A DNA stretch of 64,000 bases from Clostridiales bacterium (GCA_004555915.1 SFJM01000006.1:16483-80482), one strand, 5' to 3'. Positions 1 to 9,080 are shown, numbered from the stretch's first letter. Notes: generated by a model not told the origin, from the letters alone. Translations and numbers: made by a program.

Positions 1-43
1 TTATGAGGTCAACGGACAAGGCCGTATCCAAAGCCGGGAACGC

Positions 44-236
44 ATTTATCTGCAAGAATTTGATTCCATGGAACACCTTAAGCGAGAATGAATGGATGAT
101 TTGGACGATTACAACAACTACCGTATCAAATCAAAGCGAAAGGGCCTGCCGCCTGCAATTCACAGACAACAAGCCCTTTCGGCTGCTTGAACCATTTTTA
201 CGTTAAAATATTATCTGACTTTTTGGGGTCAATTCA
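44..236 (+). mobile_element. IS3/IS150-family remnant: degraded transposase C-terminus plus right inverted repeat
   Basis: Frame from 44 reads IYLQEFDSMEHLKRE*MDDLDDYNNYRIKSKRKGLPPAIHRQQALSAA* (stop 188-190), a typical IS3 OrfB tail with an internal stop at 89-91. It is followed by TATCTGACTTTTTGGGGTCAATTCA (212-236), an IS3-like end terminating in CA. Confidence 0.75.
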
Positions 237-259
237 AAGATTACCCCCGTCCTGCGGTA

Positions 260-700
260 TTATTTTTCAAATAATGTTTCATGCTGATGGAGCAGTTCTG
301 CCCCCTGCCGGAGGACCCGGATAAACTGCCGGGAATCCTGTTCCCCCAGTCCTTCCAGCAGCCAGACATAATCCTTCAGCATGCGGTCGTGTGCCTCAGC
401 AGCGCAGGCAATGCCAGTTTCCGTCAGGCTGATGCAGATTTTCCGCCGATCCTCCGTGTCCGGTATGCGGGTAATATAGCCCTTACGTTCCATCTGCTTG
501 AGCAGGTTGGCCACCCGCCCGGTGGTCAGGCCCAGTGCTGTGGTAAATTCTCCGGCATACACGGCATCATTTCTGGAATGCAGCAGGATCAGCGCAAGAT
601 CTTCTCCGCGGGAAGCGATGATATCGGCAATTTTGCACAGCTGTTTTGAGTACATCATCTGGGTTCGGATCAATTCTTCTGCTGCTTCATGATAATTCAC
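260..700 (-). CDS. MarR-family transcriptional regulator
   Basis: 146 aa; winged-helix pattern LGLTTGRVANLLKQMERKGYITR..DRRKICISLTETG. Confidence 0.9.
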   Translation of the reverse strand: MNYHEAAEELIRTQMMYSKQLCKIADIIASRGEDLALILLHSRNDAVYAGEFTTALGLTTGRVANLLKQMERKGYITRIPDTEDRRKICISLTETGIACAAEAHDRMLKDYVWLLEGLGEQDSRQFIRVLRQGAELLHQHETLFEK

Positions 701-732
701 TACACATGCTCCTGTCTGTTCTGTCCGTTGTT

Positions 733-2136
733 TTATTTTTTATAGTTTTCGTAGTTCTTTGGTTTATGCACCTGTTCTGCCCAGATCTCCTCTGCCGCAT
801 CCTTCCAGCATGCCGCATATTCCTTGCACTTGCCGCACAGATGCTCTACCGTCTCCGGAGATTCCAGATCTGTACTGTGTGCGCCGGTCTCATGTACCAT
901 CTTCTGCAGCAGCTCCGGATTCTCCAGCATGGGGCATGGACGCAGATGGTTGTGGTTAAAGGGCTGGCCGTCATGATATGCCATGAACAGCGGGCTTTGC
1001 AGGATTTCCAGCACGGAATGGTCATGAATATTCGCATTGGAATAATGGATGAACACACATGGCTCCGCATCTCCGGCGGAATTGATATGGAAATAATTGC
1101 GTCCGCCTGCGATACAGCCGCCTACAGCTTCACCGTCATTCTGGAAATCCATCGGGAAGAATTCGATATCCGACTGGCTGGAACGGATATACCGGATGCG
1201 TTCAATCATATATTTCCGCTGCTCCACCGTAGGCAGCAGGTCCGGCACGGCATTGTTGCCTACCGGCATATAATGGAAATAGAAGCCAAACCGCGCACCC
1301 TTATCGGCAATCATCTTCAAAAATGCATCGCTGGTAACGGCTTCAATGTTATGCTTAGTATAACATATCGACGTGCCAAATAAAATACCATATTGTTTCA
1401 TCAGGTCCATGGCCTTCATGACCGCGTCATAATGTCCCTCGCCCCGGCGTGCGTCATTGGTCTCCGGCGTGCCTTCAATGGACAGCTGGAAGGTCAGGTT
1501 GCCCAGACGGACAACCTCCCGGCAGAATGCATCATCAATCAGGGTGGAATTGGTATAGATGGAGAATTCCACATCATTGTGTTTTTCTGCCAGCTTCAGG
1601 ATATCCGCCTTGCGCACCAGCGGTTCACCGCCGGTCAGCATATACAGGTACACACCGAGCTTTTTGCCCTCGGTGATAATTTTATCCATATCCTCAAAGG
1701 ACAGGTTATGTTTATGGCCATAGGTACCGGACCAGCAGCCCTGACAATGCATATTGCATGCCGAGGTCGGATCAAACAGGATAAGCCACGGGATATTGCA
1801 GTGATATTTTTCCCGGTTTTTACGGATCTCTCTGGTGCCACGGAAAAATGCTTCAAAGCCCAGATTGAGTGCCGCCATTTTTGCCACATGGGGATCGGTT
1901 TCATCCAGTACACGATTGATAAATCGAATCCACTTGTTGTTCGGGTCCTGGATTGCTGCCCGGACCTTGTCATAGCTTTCCTTGGACATGCCATCTCCCC
2001 AGAATTTCTCTGCGAAGTCCACAATCTCCAAAAAGCCCTTTTCTCTGTCCTTTTCCACATGAGAAAGGATCTGATCAATCAGAATACTGGCAGCCTTTCT
2101 CTGTGCCTTATGTGAAAGCTCTGTTAATGCAGCCAT
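733..2136 (-). CDS. Radical SAM/SPASM-domain protein
   Basis: CNMHCQGC (CxxxCxxC), TGGEP, GCIAGG..PC and C-terminal cysteines. Confidence 0.9.
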   Translation of the reverse strand: MAALTELSHKAQRKAASILIDQILSHVEKDREKGFLEIVDFAEKFWGDGMSKESYDKVRAAIQDPNNKWIRFINRVLDETDPHVAKMAALNLGFEAFFRGTREIRKNREKYHCNIPWLILFDPTSACNMHCQGCWSGTYGHKHNLSFEDMDKIITEGKKLGVYLYMLTGGEPLVRKADILKLAEKHNDVEFSIYTNSTLIDDAFCREVVRLGNLTFQLSIEGTPETNDARRGEGHYDAVMKAMDLMKQYGILFGTSICYTKHNIEAVTSDAFLKMIADKGARFGFYFHYMPVGNNAVPDLLPTVEQRKYMIERIRYIRSSQSDIEFFPMDFQNDGEAVGGCIAGGRNYFHINSAGDAEPCVFIHYSNANIHDHSVLEILQSPLFMAYHDGQPFNHNHLRPCPMLENPELLQKMVHETGAHSTDLESPETVEHLCGKCKEYAACWKDAAEEIWAEQVHKPKNYENYKK

Positions 2137-2176
2137 TGCTCCATGCCTCCAATCTATTTATCTTCTACTGAAAGAT

Positions 2177-2205
2177 AATATACCCCCTTCCTCCATTTCT
2201 GTCAA
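2177..2205 (-). promoter_or_regulatory. Sigma-A promoter for the radical SAM-marR pair
   Basis: Minus strand TTGACA-17 nt-TATATT. Confidence 0.6.
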
Positions 2206-2355
2206 GTCATTTTATACAACGATCTTGCTTTTTCTGTCGATTCCTGATTTTTTCTGCTGAATCCGTCTATTTTCTATCCGCTTCTTGCTTTTTCCCGCGG
2301 GTATCGGTATACTGGTGGTATCATATCCGTTTTCCCCGAAAGGAGCCTGTCTTCC

Positions 2356-2733
2356 ATGCGTTTGTTCCGCCTGCTGATTTGGGACGCATTATTCTGCATT
2401 ATTTTAACCGTCAGCTATTCTGTTTCCGCCGCAGTGGTTACGCCGACCCTGCAATATCTCATTACACTGGTTACCTGCGCCATCTGTGGTGCATTTTTGG
2501 GTCAGCTGCCCCAGCGTTCTGATCCGTTGCTGCTTATTTTTGTCACCATCCCTGCCCTGTATGTGGCTCTGGCACCGCTGCTTGCGCCCGGCCTTACATG
2601 GCTGACAAATGCATTGCCGCTGCCCTTTTCCATCCAGCTCGTGCCGAATATTCTGCTGTCGCAGAAAACCCAGCTCCTGCGGTATGCCTGCGCACTGGTT
2701 GGCGGCTTTACCCTGTTCCGCGGCCAGAAATAA
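2356..2733 (+). CDS. Small hypothetical membrane protein (about 4 TM)
   Basis: AAGGAG RBS upstream; hydrophobic 125 aa; GCCGGAA..TTCCGGC-TTTTT hairpin downstream. Confidence 0.65.
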   Translation: MRLFRLLIWDALFCIILTVSYSVSAAVVTPTLQYLITLVTCAICGAFLGQLPQRSDPLLLIFVTIPALYVALAPLLAPGLTWLTNALPLPFSIQLVPNILLSQKTQLLRYACALVGGFTLFRGQK

Positions 2734-2882
2734 CAGACTCCATGAAATACATACGCCGGAATCCCCCGAGGTTCCGGCTTTTTCTATGGTTCCCCACATC
2801 CTGCCGGACAATTCCCATAGCTTTTCCTATGACCAGTTTATTCCGCAGGCGGACAGAGTTGCCTGTTTTTCTGGTGATACGC

Positions 2883-2926
2883 AAAAAAGGCTGTACCCAT
2901 CTCTGAGTACAGCCTTTGCTTTTTTC
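2883..2926. terminator. Bidirectional intrinsic terminator downstream of pnp
   Basis: AAAAAAGGCTGTAC..GTACAGCCTTT with A/T tracts on both sides. Confidence 0.7.
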
Positions 2927-2937
2927 ATTTCAGGAAA

Positions 2938-5061
2938 TTACAGAACCTTTTCCTCTTCCTTTACGTCCTTGCGGGACAGGTTGATGCGGCCCTTGTCATC
3001 AATTTCAATGACCTTAACCCAGCACATGTCGCCAACCTTGACAACATCCTCAACCTTCTCCACGCGGCGCTTTTCCAGCTTGGAGATGTGAACCAGACCA
3101 TCCTTACCCGGTGCAATCTGCACGAATGCGCCGAAGCCCATCAGGCGGACAACCTTGCCGTAGAATACATCGCCGACCTCCGGGTCCTTGACGATGGTTT
3201 CAATCATCTTCTTTGCCTTCTCGCCGTCTGCGCCATTGACGGATGCAATGCTGACAGTGCCATCCTCAGCAATGTCAATCTTTGCGCCGGACTCAGCGGT
3301 GATCTTCTGGATCACAGAGCCGCCCTTACCGATGACATCACGGATCTTGTCCGGGTTGATGTGCAGGGTGATGGTCTTCGGTGCCCACGGAGACAGGGTT
3401 GCACGCGGTTCCGGAATCGCCTTCAGCATAACCTCATCCAGAATCTTGTAACGTGCGTCACGGCACTTGCGGAATGCTTCCTTGATGATGGACGGAGTCA
3501 GGCCGTCAACCTTGATATCAACCTGAATACCGGTGATACCCTTCTTGGTGCCTGCTACCTTGAAGTCCATGTCGCCGTAGAAGTCCTCGACACCCTGAAT
3601 ATCGGTAAAGGTAGTTTCCTGACCGTCATCGGTAATCAGGCCGCAGGAAATACCGGCTACCGGAGCCTTAATCGGAACACCGGCATCCATCAGCGCCAGA
3701 GTGGAGCCGCAGACAGAACCCTGAGAGGTGGAACCGTTGGAGGACAGAACCTCAGATACCACGCGGATTGCATACGGGAATTCCTCAACGGACGGCAGTA
3801 CCGGCACCAGAGAACGCTCTGCCAGTGCACCATGACCGATTTCACGACGGCCAGGGCCACGGGACGGACGGGTTTCACCAACCGAGAAGGACGGGAAGTT
3901 ATAGTGATGGATATATCTCTTTTCCTTCTGCTCAAAGATGGTATCCAGCTGCTGTGCGTCAGACAGGGTACCCAGTGTGCAGACAGACAGAACCTGCGTC
4001 TGGCCACGGGTAAACAGGCCGGTACCATGTGCACGGGGCAGTACGCCTACCTCAGATGCCAGCGGACGGACTTCTTCCATGCCACGGCCATCTACACGCT
4101 TGCCCTGGGTCAGCCAGTGACGGACAACCTTCTTGCACAGCTTGTCAACGATTTCGGTGACCTCGCCGGCACGCTCTGCTGCAACCTCTTCGCCCAGCAT
4201 TGCGTCGATTTCCTCACGGACAACCTGCATCCGTGCATCACGAACGGTCTTGTCATCGGTATCGAAAGCGACCTCAACCTTTTCACGTGCAAATGCTTCG
4301 ATCTGGTCGAACAGGTCATGGTCTACATCATGATGCTCATACTCGAACTTCGGCTTGCCGATTTCTGCCTTGATGGAATCAATAAATGCGCACATCTTCT
4401 TGATTTCCTCATGGGCAAACAGCAGGCCTTCCAGCATCTGATCCTCCGGAACTTCCTTTGCACCTGCTTCGATCATAACGATCTTTTCGGCAGTACCGCA
4501 AACAGTAACGTCCATCAGGCTCTTTTCACGCTGCTCAACCGTCGGGTTGAGGACGAATTCGCCGTCAACCAGACCGACGTCAACGCCGGCAACGGTATAA
4601 TTAAACGGGATATCCGAAATAGCAACTGCGATGGATGCACCATTCAGTGCAGTTACCTGCGGGGAGTTATCATAATCATTGCCCATAACGGTGCAGACAA
4701 TGGAAACGTCATTGCGCAGATCCTTCGGGAACAGCGGACGCATCGGGCGGTCAATCTGGCGGGAAGCAATGGTAGCCTGCTCACTTGCCTTGCCCTCGCG
4801 ACGCATAAAGGAACCCGGGATACGGCCTACTGCGTACAGCTTTTCTTCAAAATCAACAGAAAGCGGGAAGAAATCCACACCTTCACGCGGCTTCGGGGAA
4901 GCGGTTGCAGTAACCAGAACAACCGTATCACCATAGCGAACCATTGCGGCACCATTTGCCAGCTGTGCAACCTTACCGGTTTCTACCGTCAGCTTACGGC
5001 CAGCAAACGTGGTTTCAAATACACGTTCTTCATCAAATGACTTATGGGTAATCGTAGTCAT
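2938..5061 (-). CDS. pnp: Polyribonucleotide nucleotidyltransferase (PNPase)
   Basis: RRE(I)GHG, SNGSTS, GDMDFKVAGT, KH and S1 domains; start placed at the ATG after AAAGGAG. Confidence 0.98.
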   Translation of the reverse strand: MTTITHKSFDEERVFETTFAGRKLTVETGKVAQLANGAAMVRYGDTVVLVTATASPKPREGVDFFPLSVDFEEKLYAVGRIPGSFMRREGKASEQATIASRQIDRPMRPLFPKDLRNDVSIVCTVMGNDYDNSPQVTALNGASIAVAISDIPFNYTVAGVDVGLVDGEFVLNPTVEQREKSLMDVTVCGTAEKIVMIEAGAKEVPEDQMLEGLLFAHEEIKKMCAFIDSIKAEIGKPKFEYEHHDVDHDLFDQIEAFAREKVEVAFDTDDKTVRDARMQVVREEIDAMLGEEVAAERAGEVTEIVDKLCKKVVRHWLTQGKRVDGRGMEEVRPLASEVGVLPRAHGTGLFTRGQTQVLSVCTLGTLSDAQQLDTIFEQKEKRYIHHYNFPSFSVGETRPSRGPGRREIGHGALAERSLVPVLPSVEEFPYAIRVVSEVLSSNGSTSQGSVCGSTLALMDAGVPIKAPVAGISCGLITDDGQETTFTDIQGVEDFYGDMDFKVAGTKKGITGIQVDIKVDGLTPSIIKEAFRKCRDARYKILDEVMLKAIPEPRATLSPWAPKTITLHINPDKIRDVIGKGGSVIQKITAESGAKIDIAEDGTVSIASVNGADGEKAKKMIETIVKDPEVGDVFYGKVVRLMGFGAFVQIAPGKDGLVHISKLEKRRVEKVEDVVKVGDMCWVKVIEIDDKGRINLSRKDVKEEEKVL

Positions 5062-5148
5062 AATCAAACTGTCTCCTTTTCTACAATATTGTTCCAAAAG
5101 TCCGACAGTCCTTCAAGCACTTGAAGCGCAGGTTTATCGTCCGCTTTT

Positions 5149-5295
5149 ATGGCTCCCTCAGAGGAGGGAGCTGTCTGCGCTTGCTGCGCAGACTGAGGGA
5201 GTTTCATAAAATACCTCTTTCATGGCTCCCTCAGAAGAGGGAGCTGTCTGCGCTTGCTGCGCAGACTGAGGGAGTTCCATAAAAATACCTCTTTT
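5149..5295. repeat. Tandem pair (73-bp period) of REP-like two-hairpin units in the pnp leader
   Basis: GGCTCCCTC-N5-GAGGGAGCTGTCTGCGCTTGCTGCGCAGACTGAGGGAGTT occurs twice. Confidence 0.9.
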
Positions 5296-5377
5296 ATGAA
5301 TTTCCCCGTAACAGGAACATTTCATAAGCCTGTCCTTCAACTGCTCAAGGAATTGTCGTCCTTCTTTTTTGTCAGGG

Positions 5378-5410
5378 AAAAAGAGGAGGCATTCACATGG
5401 CCTCCTCTTC
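5378..5410 (-). terminator. rpsO intrinsic terminator
   Basis: Minus strand AGAGGAGGC..GCCTCCTCT followed by TTTT. Confidence 0.75.
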
Positions 5411-5421
5411 CTCCATAGCTC

Positions 5422-5688
5422 TTACTTTCTCAGGCCGAGCTTCTTAACGATTGCTCTGTAACGCTCGATATCCTTCTTCTTCAGGTATGCGAGCATGCTG
5501 CGGCGCTGGCCTACCATCTTCAGCAGACCACGGCGGGAATGGTTGTCATGCTTGTGCTCCTTCAGATGCTCGGTGAGCTGCTTAATGCGCTCAGTCAGGA
5601 TAGCGATCTGTACTTCCGGGGAACCGGTATCGGTCTCATGGGTACGGTTTGCTGCGATTACTTCAGCCTTCTGCTCTTTGCGGATCAT
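5422..5688 (-). CDS. rpsO: 30S ribosomal protein S15
   Basis: [29 protein letters not shown]; lies upstream of pnp. Confidence 0.99.
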   Translation of the reverse strand: MIRKEQKAEVIAANRTHETDTGSPEVQIAILTERIKQLTEHLKEHKHDNHSRRGLLKMVGQRRSMLAYLKKKDIERYRAIVKKLGLRK

Positions 5689-5699
5689 AATTAGACACC

Positions 5700-5815
5700 T
5701 CATAATAAAATATTTTTTTTAGCTCCCAATGCACCGGGCAGCGGTCTAAGGTGATGGACACGGTAAAACATGTCCTGTATCCAGACTGCTAAGTGCAGGG
5801 AATACGCTAACTACT
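5700..5815 (-). promoter_or_regulatory. Probable S15 autoregulatory leader RNA
   Basis: The rpsO 5' UTR folds into nested stems TCCC/GGGA, TGCAC/GTGCA, GCAG/CTGC and GGACA/TGTCC. A TTTACA..TGGTATGAT promoter lies just upstream. S15 leaders are known in Firmicutes. Confidence 0.6.
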
Positions 5816-5956
5816 GCATCATATCATACCAAAGCTTTTTTGTAAAGTAGATTATTTGGAAAACTTTTGGGCGGGTTCTCTGCGCTGATTCATGACAGAA
5901 TGCAGGCCATCTGTTTTTCGTTTGTGCCTGAACGGCTACTGTGCCAATTCCCACAT

Positions 5957-6214
5957 CCCCTAAGGAAGAGACTCACCGGCGAGTCTCTCCCTTAGGAATC
6001 CCACTCTGCCGTTAAAGGGGGTTGGATACCCCCTTTAAAATTCCCCAACAATCACCGCAATCTCCTCTGGTGCATCGCCATCTTCTTTCTTCCGCCGGGA
6101 TTTCCGCAGTTCGGCTTGCATTCCGTGGTTTATTCATACAGGCTTATGACACCACTGCATGCAGAGGGAATAAACCAATATGCAACGCCGAACAGTGACA
6201 ACGAGGGCTGAGAT
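5957..6214. repeat. Structured ~255-nt dispersed element, copy A (ncRNA or MITE-like)
   Basis: Homologous to 54920-55174; three hairpins with compensatory changes. Confidence 0.85.
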
Positions 6215-6545
6215 AGCAAAAAAAGTTCTCAATCACCTATACTTTTCCAAGTTTTTTGATTATTTATTCAAAAACACGTGGTTATACTTTATTTAACCAT
6301 CATTATCCCCCGCTCTGTTGAAAAAAGATTTTACGAACTTCACAATTTTTCGTCAAAAAATTTTACACCAGTATGATTTTCCGATTTTTCCATCCTGCAT
6401 TTTATCCGCGAATGCGTGGGTTTTTCCGTTGTATTTTGCAGGATTTTCCCGTCTATTTTTCGTTTATGGTGATTGTGTACAGCTGTAATCCGCTGTTTTT
6501 GTAAATAATTCATGAAATTTGCTTATTTTCAGTCATTTAAACACA

Positions 6546-6694
6546 TGCTATAATCTGAACCATCAACGAAAGACATGTGAATGAGAAAAACAGCTCATTC
6601 CATTCGCTTTCCTTCCTTTTTTTCTCTTTTCTGCCGAAAACACATGACGGTGGCTGTGCAATAGTGCGGCCTGGATGTCGTGTGTTTTTCTTTT
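6546..6694 (+). ncRNA. Candidate orphan small RNA with its own promoter and terminator
   Basis: TGCTATAAT extended -10 at 6546-6554; hairpin 6579-6600; CU-rich single strand; G-U-rich terminator stem 6636-6689 followed by a T-tract. Confidence 0.5.
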
Positions 6695-6708
6695 GTCCAA
6701 ATACATGT

Positions 6709-6757
6709 AAAAAGGCTCCTCCCGCACAGGCAGTTTTCCCTGCACGGAAGGAGCTTT
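6709..6757 (-). terminator. Minus-strand terminator, probably ending the pgm transcript
   Basis: GCTCCTCCCGCACAGG/CCTGCACGGAAGGAGC; the C-A mismatches become G-U pairs on the minus strand, followed by TTTTT. Confidence 0.55.
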
Positions 6758-6847
6758 ATTGTTTTTGCTGTGATATTGGTTAAGCCAGGCAACAGCCAGG
6801 CGCATCATTCACGCGCCCAAACAGGAGGGAAACGCTTCCGTCCCAAA

Positions 6848-7007
6848 GCCTCCCTCTTGGAGGGAGGTGGATTCGCCGCAGGCGAAGACGGAGGGAGTTA
6901 AAACGCAGCTCTTTCGTATCAATCGAAACCTTTGTGCGAAAGAGGAAGATCGGCGGAACTCCCTCAGTCACGGCAAAGCCGTGCCAGCTCCCTCCTCTGA
7001 GGGAGCC
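6848..7007. repeat. Inverted doublet of REP-like units
   Basis: GCCTCCCTCTTGGAGGGAGGTG..GAGGGAGTT at 6848-6899 and an inverted unit at 6957-7007. Confidence 0.9.
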
Positions 7008-7010
7008 TCT

Positions 7011-7349
7011 GGCCGCGCTCCTGCACAGGAGCGCAGGAAAGCATTTCTTTTGCCAAGCTCTTCTTTCTGCAATAGAACCGCCAGATTTTTCATATCTGCT
7101 TGCATGAAACCTCTATGGGCAGACCGGCGGACTTGTTTTGTCCGGCGTGTCTGCGGTGCGCGGAAGGTCGTCGAAGCAAAGTCCGTTTTGCTCCGGTATT
7201 CTTTAAAAAGAATACCATCCGCCCACTCCCTTGCTTCTCCTCTCCAAAACACAACCGCTTCTCTGGGTTGTGTTTTGGCCGCGCTCCTGCACAGGAGCGC
7301 AGGAAAGGTTTTCTTTTGCCTACTTTTCTTTTCCTCAAAAAGAAAAGTA
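7011..7349. repeat. Palindrome-rich element bounded by 31-bp direct repeats
   Basis: GGCCGCGCTCCTGCACAGGAGCGCAGGAAAG at 7011-7041 and 7277-7307, with several internal hairpins. Confidence 0.75.
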
Positions 7350-7352
7350 CGG

Positions 7353-9080
7353 TTACTTGACGATTTCCTTTGCAGCAGCAGCGTACTTGGCGATCTTTGC
7401 GTCAACCTCGTCCTTATTCGCGCCGTTTGCCATGATATAAACCTTAACCTTCGGCTCGGTACCGGACGGACGGATGATAAAGCTGGTGCCATCGGACAGG
7501 TCGTAATACAGTACGTTCTGGCCCTTCAGCTCAACCTCAGAGGTCTCGCCGGTTGCCAGGTCGGTCTGGATACCGGTCTGCAGGTCACGCACATCCTTGA
7601 CCGCAGTGCCGCCAACTTCCTTCAGCGGGGATTCACGCAGTTCCTTCATCAGCTCTACCATACGGGTCAGGCCGGATACGCCCGGCATAACGATGGACAG
7701 GGTTTCCTCTGCGTAATAGCCGTAACGTTTGTACATATCCTGCATTGCATCGTACAGGGTCATGCCCTTGGTACGGTAATAAGCAGCCATTTCTGCAATC
7801 AGCATGGAAGCAATGACAGCATCCTTATCACGTGCATGGTCACCGCACAGGTAGCCGTAAGACTCCTCGAATGCGAACAGGTACTCATGGGAACCGGTAG
7901 CCTCGAACTGCTTGATCTTCTCAGCCAGGAACTTGAAGCCGGTAAAGGTATCGAAGCACTCCACGCCATTGTCATTGGCAACCTTGCGTGCCATCTCGGT
8001 GGATACAACAGACTTCAGTACAGCCGGATGCTCAGGCATAGTATTAGTCAGCTTCTTTGCGGTGATGATGTAATCAATCAGCAGGACACCCATCTGGTTG
8101 CCGCTCAGGGTTACATAGTCACCGGTGCTGCTCTTGAGCACGGTACCGCAGCGGTCAGAATCCGGGTCAGTACCGATAATCAGGTCAACACCCTGCTTCT
8201 TTGCCATTTCGATGGCAATATTAAAGCCTTCCTTATTCTCCGGGTTCGGGGACTTGACAGTCGGGAAGTTGCCGTCAATGACCATCTGCTCCGGTACACA
8301 GATCACATTCTTATAACCGATACGCTTCAGGATTTCCGGTACCAGCTTATAGCCTGCGCCATGGAACGGGGTATAGATAATCTTGAAGTCATCTGCTACT
8401 TCTGCGATGCAGTCCGGATTGATGCACATCTTCTGGATCTGGCGCAGATAGATTTCATCGGATTCCGGTCCGATAATCTTAATCAGGCCCTTGTCCACTG
8501 CTTCCTGATGGTCCATTGTCTTGACCTCAGTAAACATATCCAGCGCGCCCATTTCCTTCGCAACAACATCAGCTTCCTTCGGCGGCAGCTGTGCGCCATC
8601 CTCCCAGTAAACCTTATAACCGTTGTATTCCTTCGGGTTATGGGATGCGGTAATCATGACGCCTGCCAGTGTACCATAGGTACGGACGGTAAACGACAGT
8701 ACCGGAACCGGACGCAGGGATTCCCATTCAATAACATTAATGCCATTGGCTGCCAGAATGCTTGCTGCCAGATGGGAGAACTCATCTGACTGAATACGGC
8801 TGTCACATGCAATGGCAACACCGCGCTGCATGGCACGCGGGCCATACTGCTTAATCAGATTTGCCAGACCCTGTGTAGCTGCACCAACGGTAAAACGGTT
8901 CATCTTATACAGACCAACGCCCAGTGTGCCGCGCAGACCTGCGGTACCGAAGGACAGCGGTGCAAAAAACCGTTCCTGAATTTCCTTTTCATCGCCTTCC
9001 AGCGCTGCCAGTTCTGCACGTTCTGCATCGGTCAGTGCCGGGGACTCCATCCACTTGCGATATTCTTCCATGTAGCCCAT
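7353..9080 (-). CDS. pgm: Phosphoglucomutase/phosphomannomutase
   Basis: FGTAGLRG, TASHNP, DPDSDR, FEESYG, RPSGTEPK. Confidence 0.95.
   Translation of the reverse strand: MGYMEEYRKWMESPALTDAERAELAALEGDEKEIQERFFAPLSFGTAGLRGTLGVGLYKMNRFTVGAATQGLANLIKQYGPRAMQRGVAIACDSRIQSDEFSHLAASILAANGINVIEWESLRPVPVLSFTVRTYGTLAGVMITASHNPKEYNGYKVYWEDGAQLPPKEADVVAKEMGALDMFTEVKTMDHQEAVDKGLIKIIGPESDEIYLRQIQKMCINPDCIAEVADDFKIIYTPFHGAGYKLVPEILKRIGYKNVICVPEQMVIDGNFPTVKSPNPENKEGFNIAIEMAKKQGVDLIIGTDPDSDRCGTVLKSSTGDYVTLSGNQMGVLLIDYIITAKKLTNTMPEHPAVLKSVVSTEMARKVANDNGVECFDTFTGFKFLAEKIKQFEATGSHEYLFAFEESYGYLCGDHARDKDAVIASMLIAEMAAYYRTKGMTLYDAMQDMYKRYGYYAEETLSIVMPGVSGLTRMVELMKELRESPLKEVGGTAVKDVRDLQTGIQTDLATGETSEVELKGQNVLYYDLSDGTSFIIRPSGTEPKVKVYIMANGANKDEVDAKIAKYAAAAKEIVK

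Noticed and set aside
3088..5040. Long antisense ORFs (650 aa here; also 27863-29719, 33926-35626, 35759-37315, 45002-46420, 55193-56380)
   Set aside because: Shadow frames of strongly codon-biased genes on the opposite strand; no motifs or RBS.
5149..5295. Tandem repeat considered as a mini-CRISPR array
   Set aside because: Only two units, the intervening sequence is also repeated, there are no cas genes, and the same unit is dispersed elsewhere.
5322..6149. 12-nt inverted match between the variable loop of element copy A (6138-6149) and the pnp leader (5322-5333)
   Set aside because: Short enough to arise by chance, and I saw no equivalent match for copy B.
6215..6545. AT-rich tract considered as a replication origin
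   Set aside because: No DnaA-box cluster or dnaA context seen; more likely upstream promoter DNA.
6867..8789. 640-aa ORF and the small ORFs crossing the repeat region (e.g. 6968-7492, 5158-5340)
   Set aside because: Composed of repeat sequence plus pgm antisense; no transposase or HUH motif.
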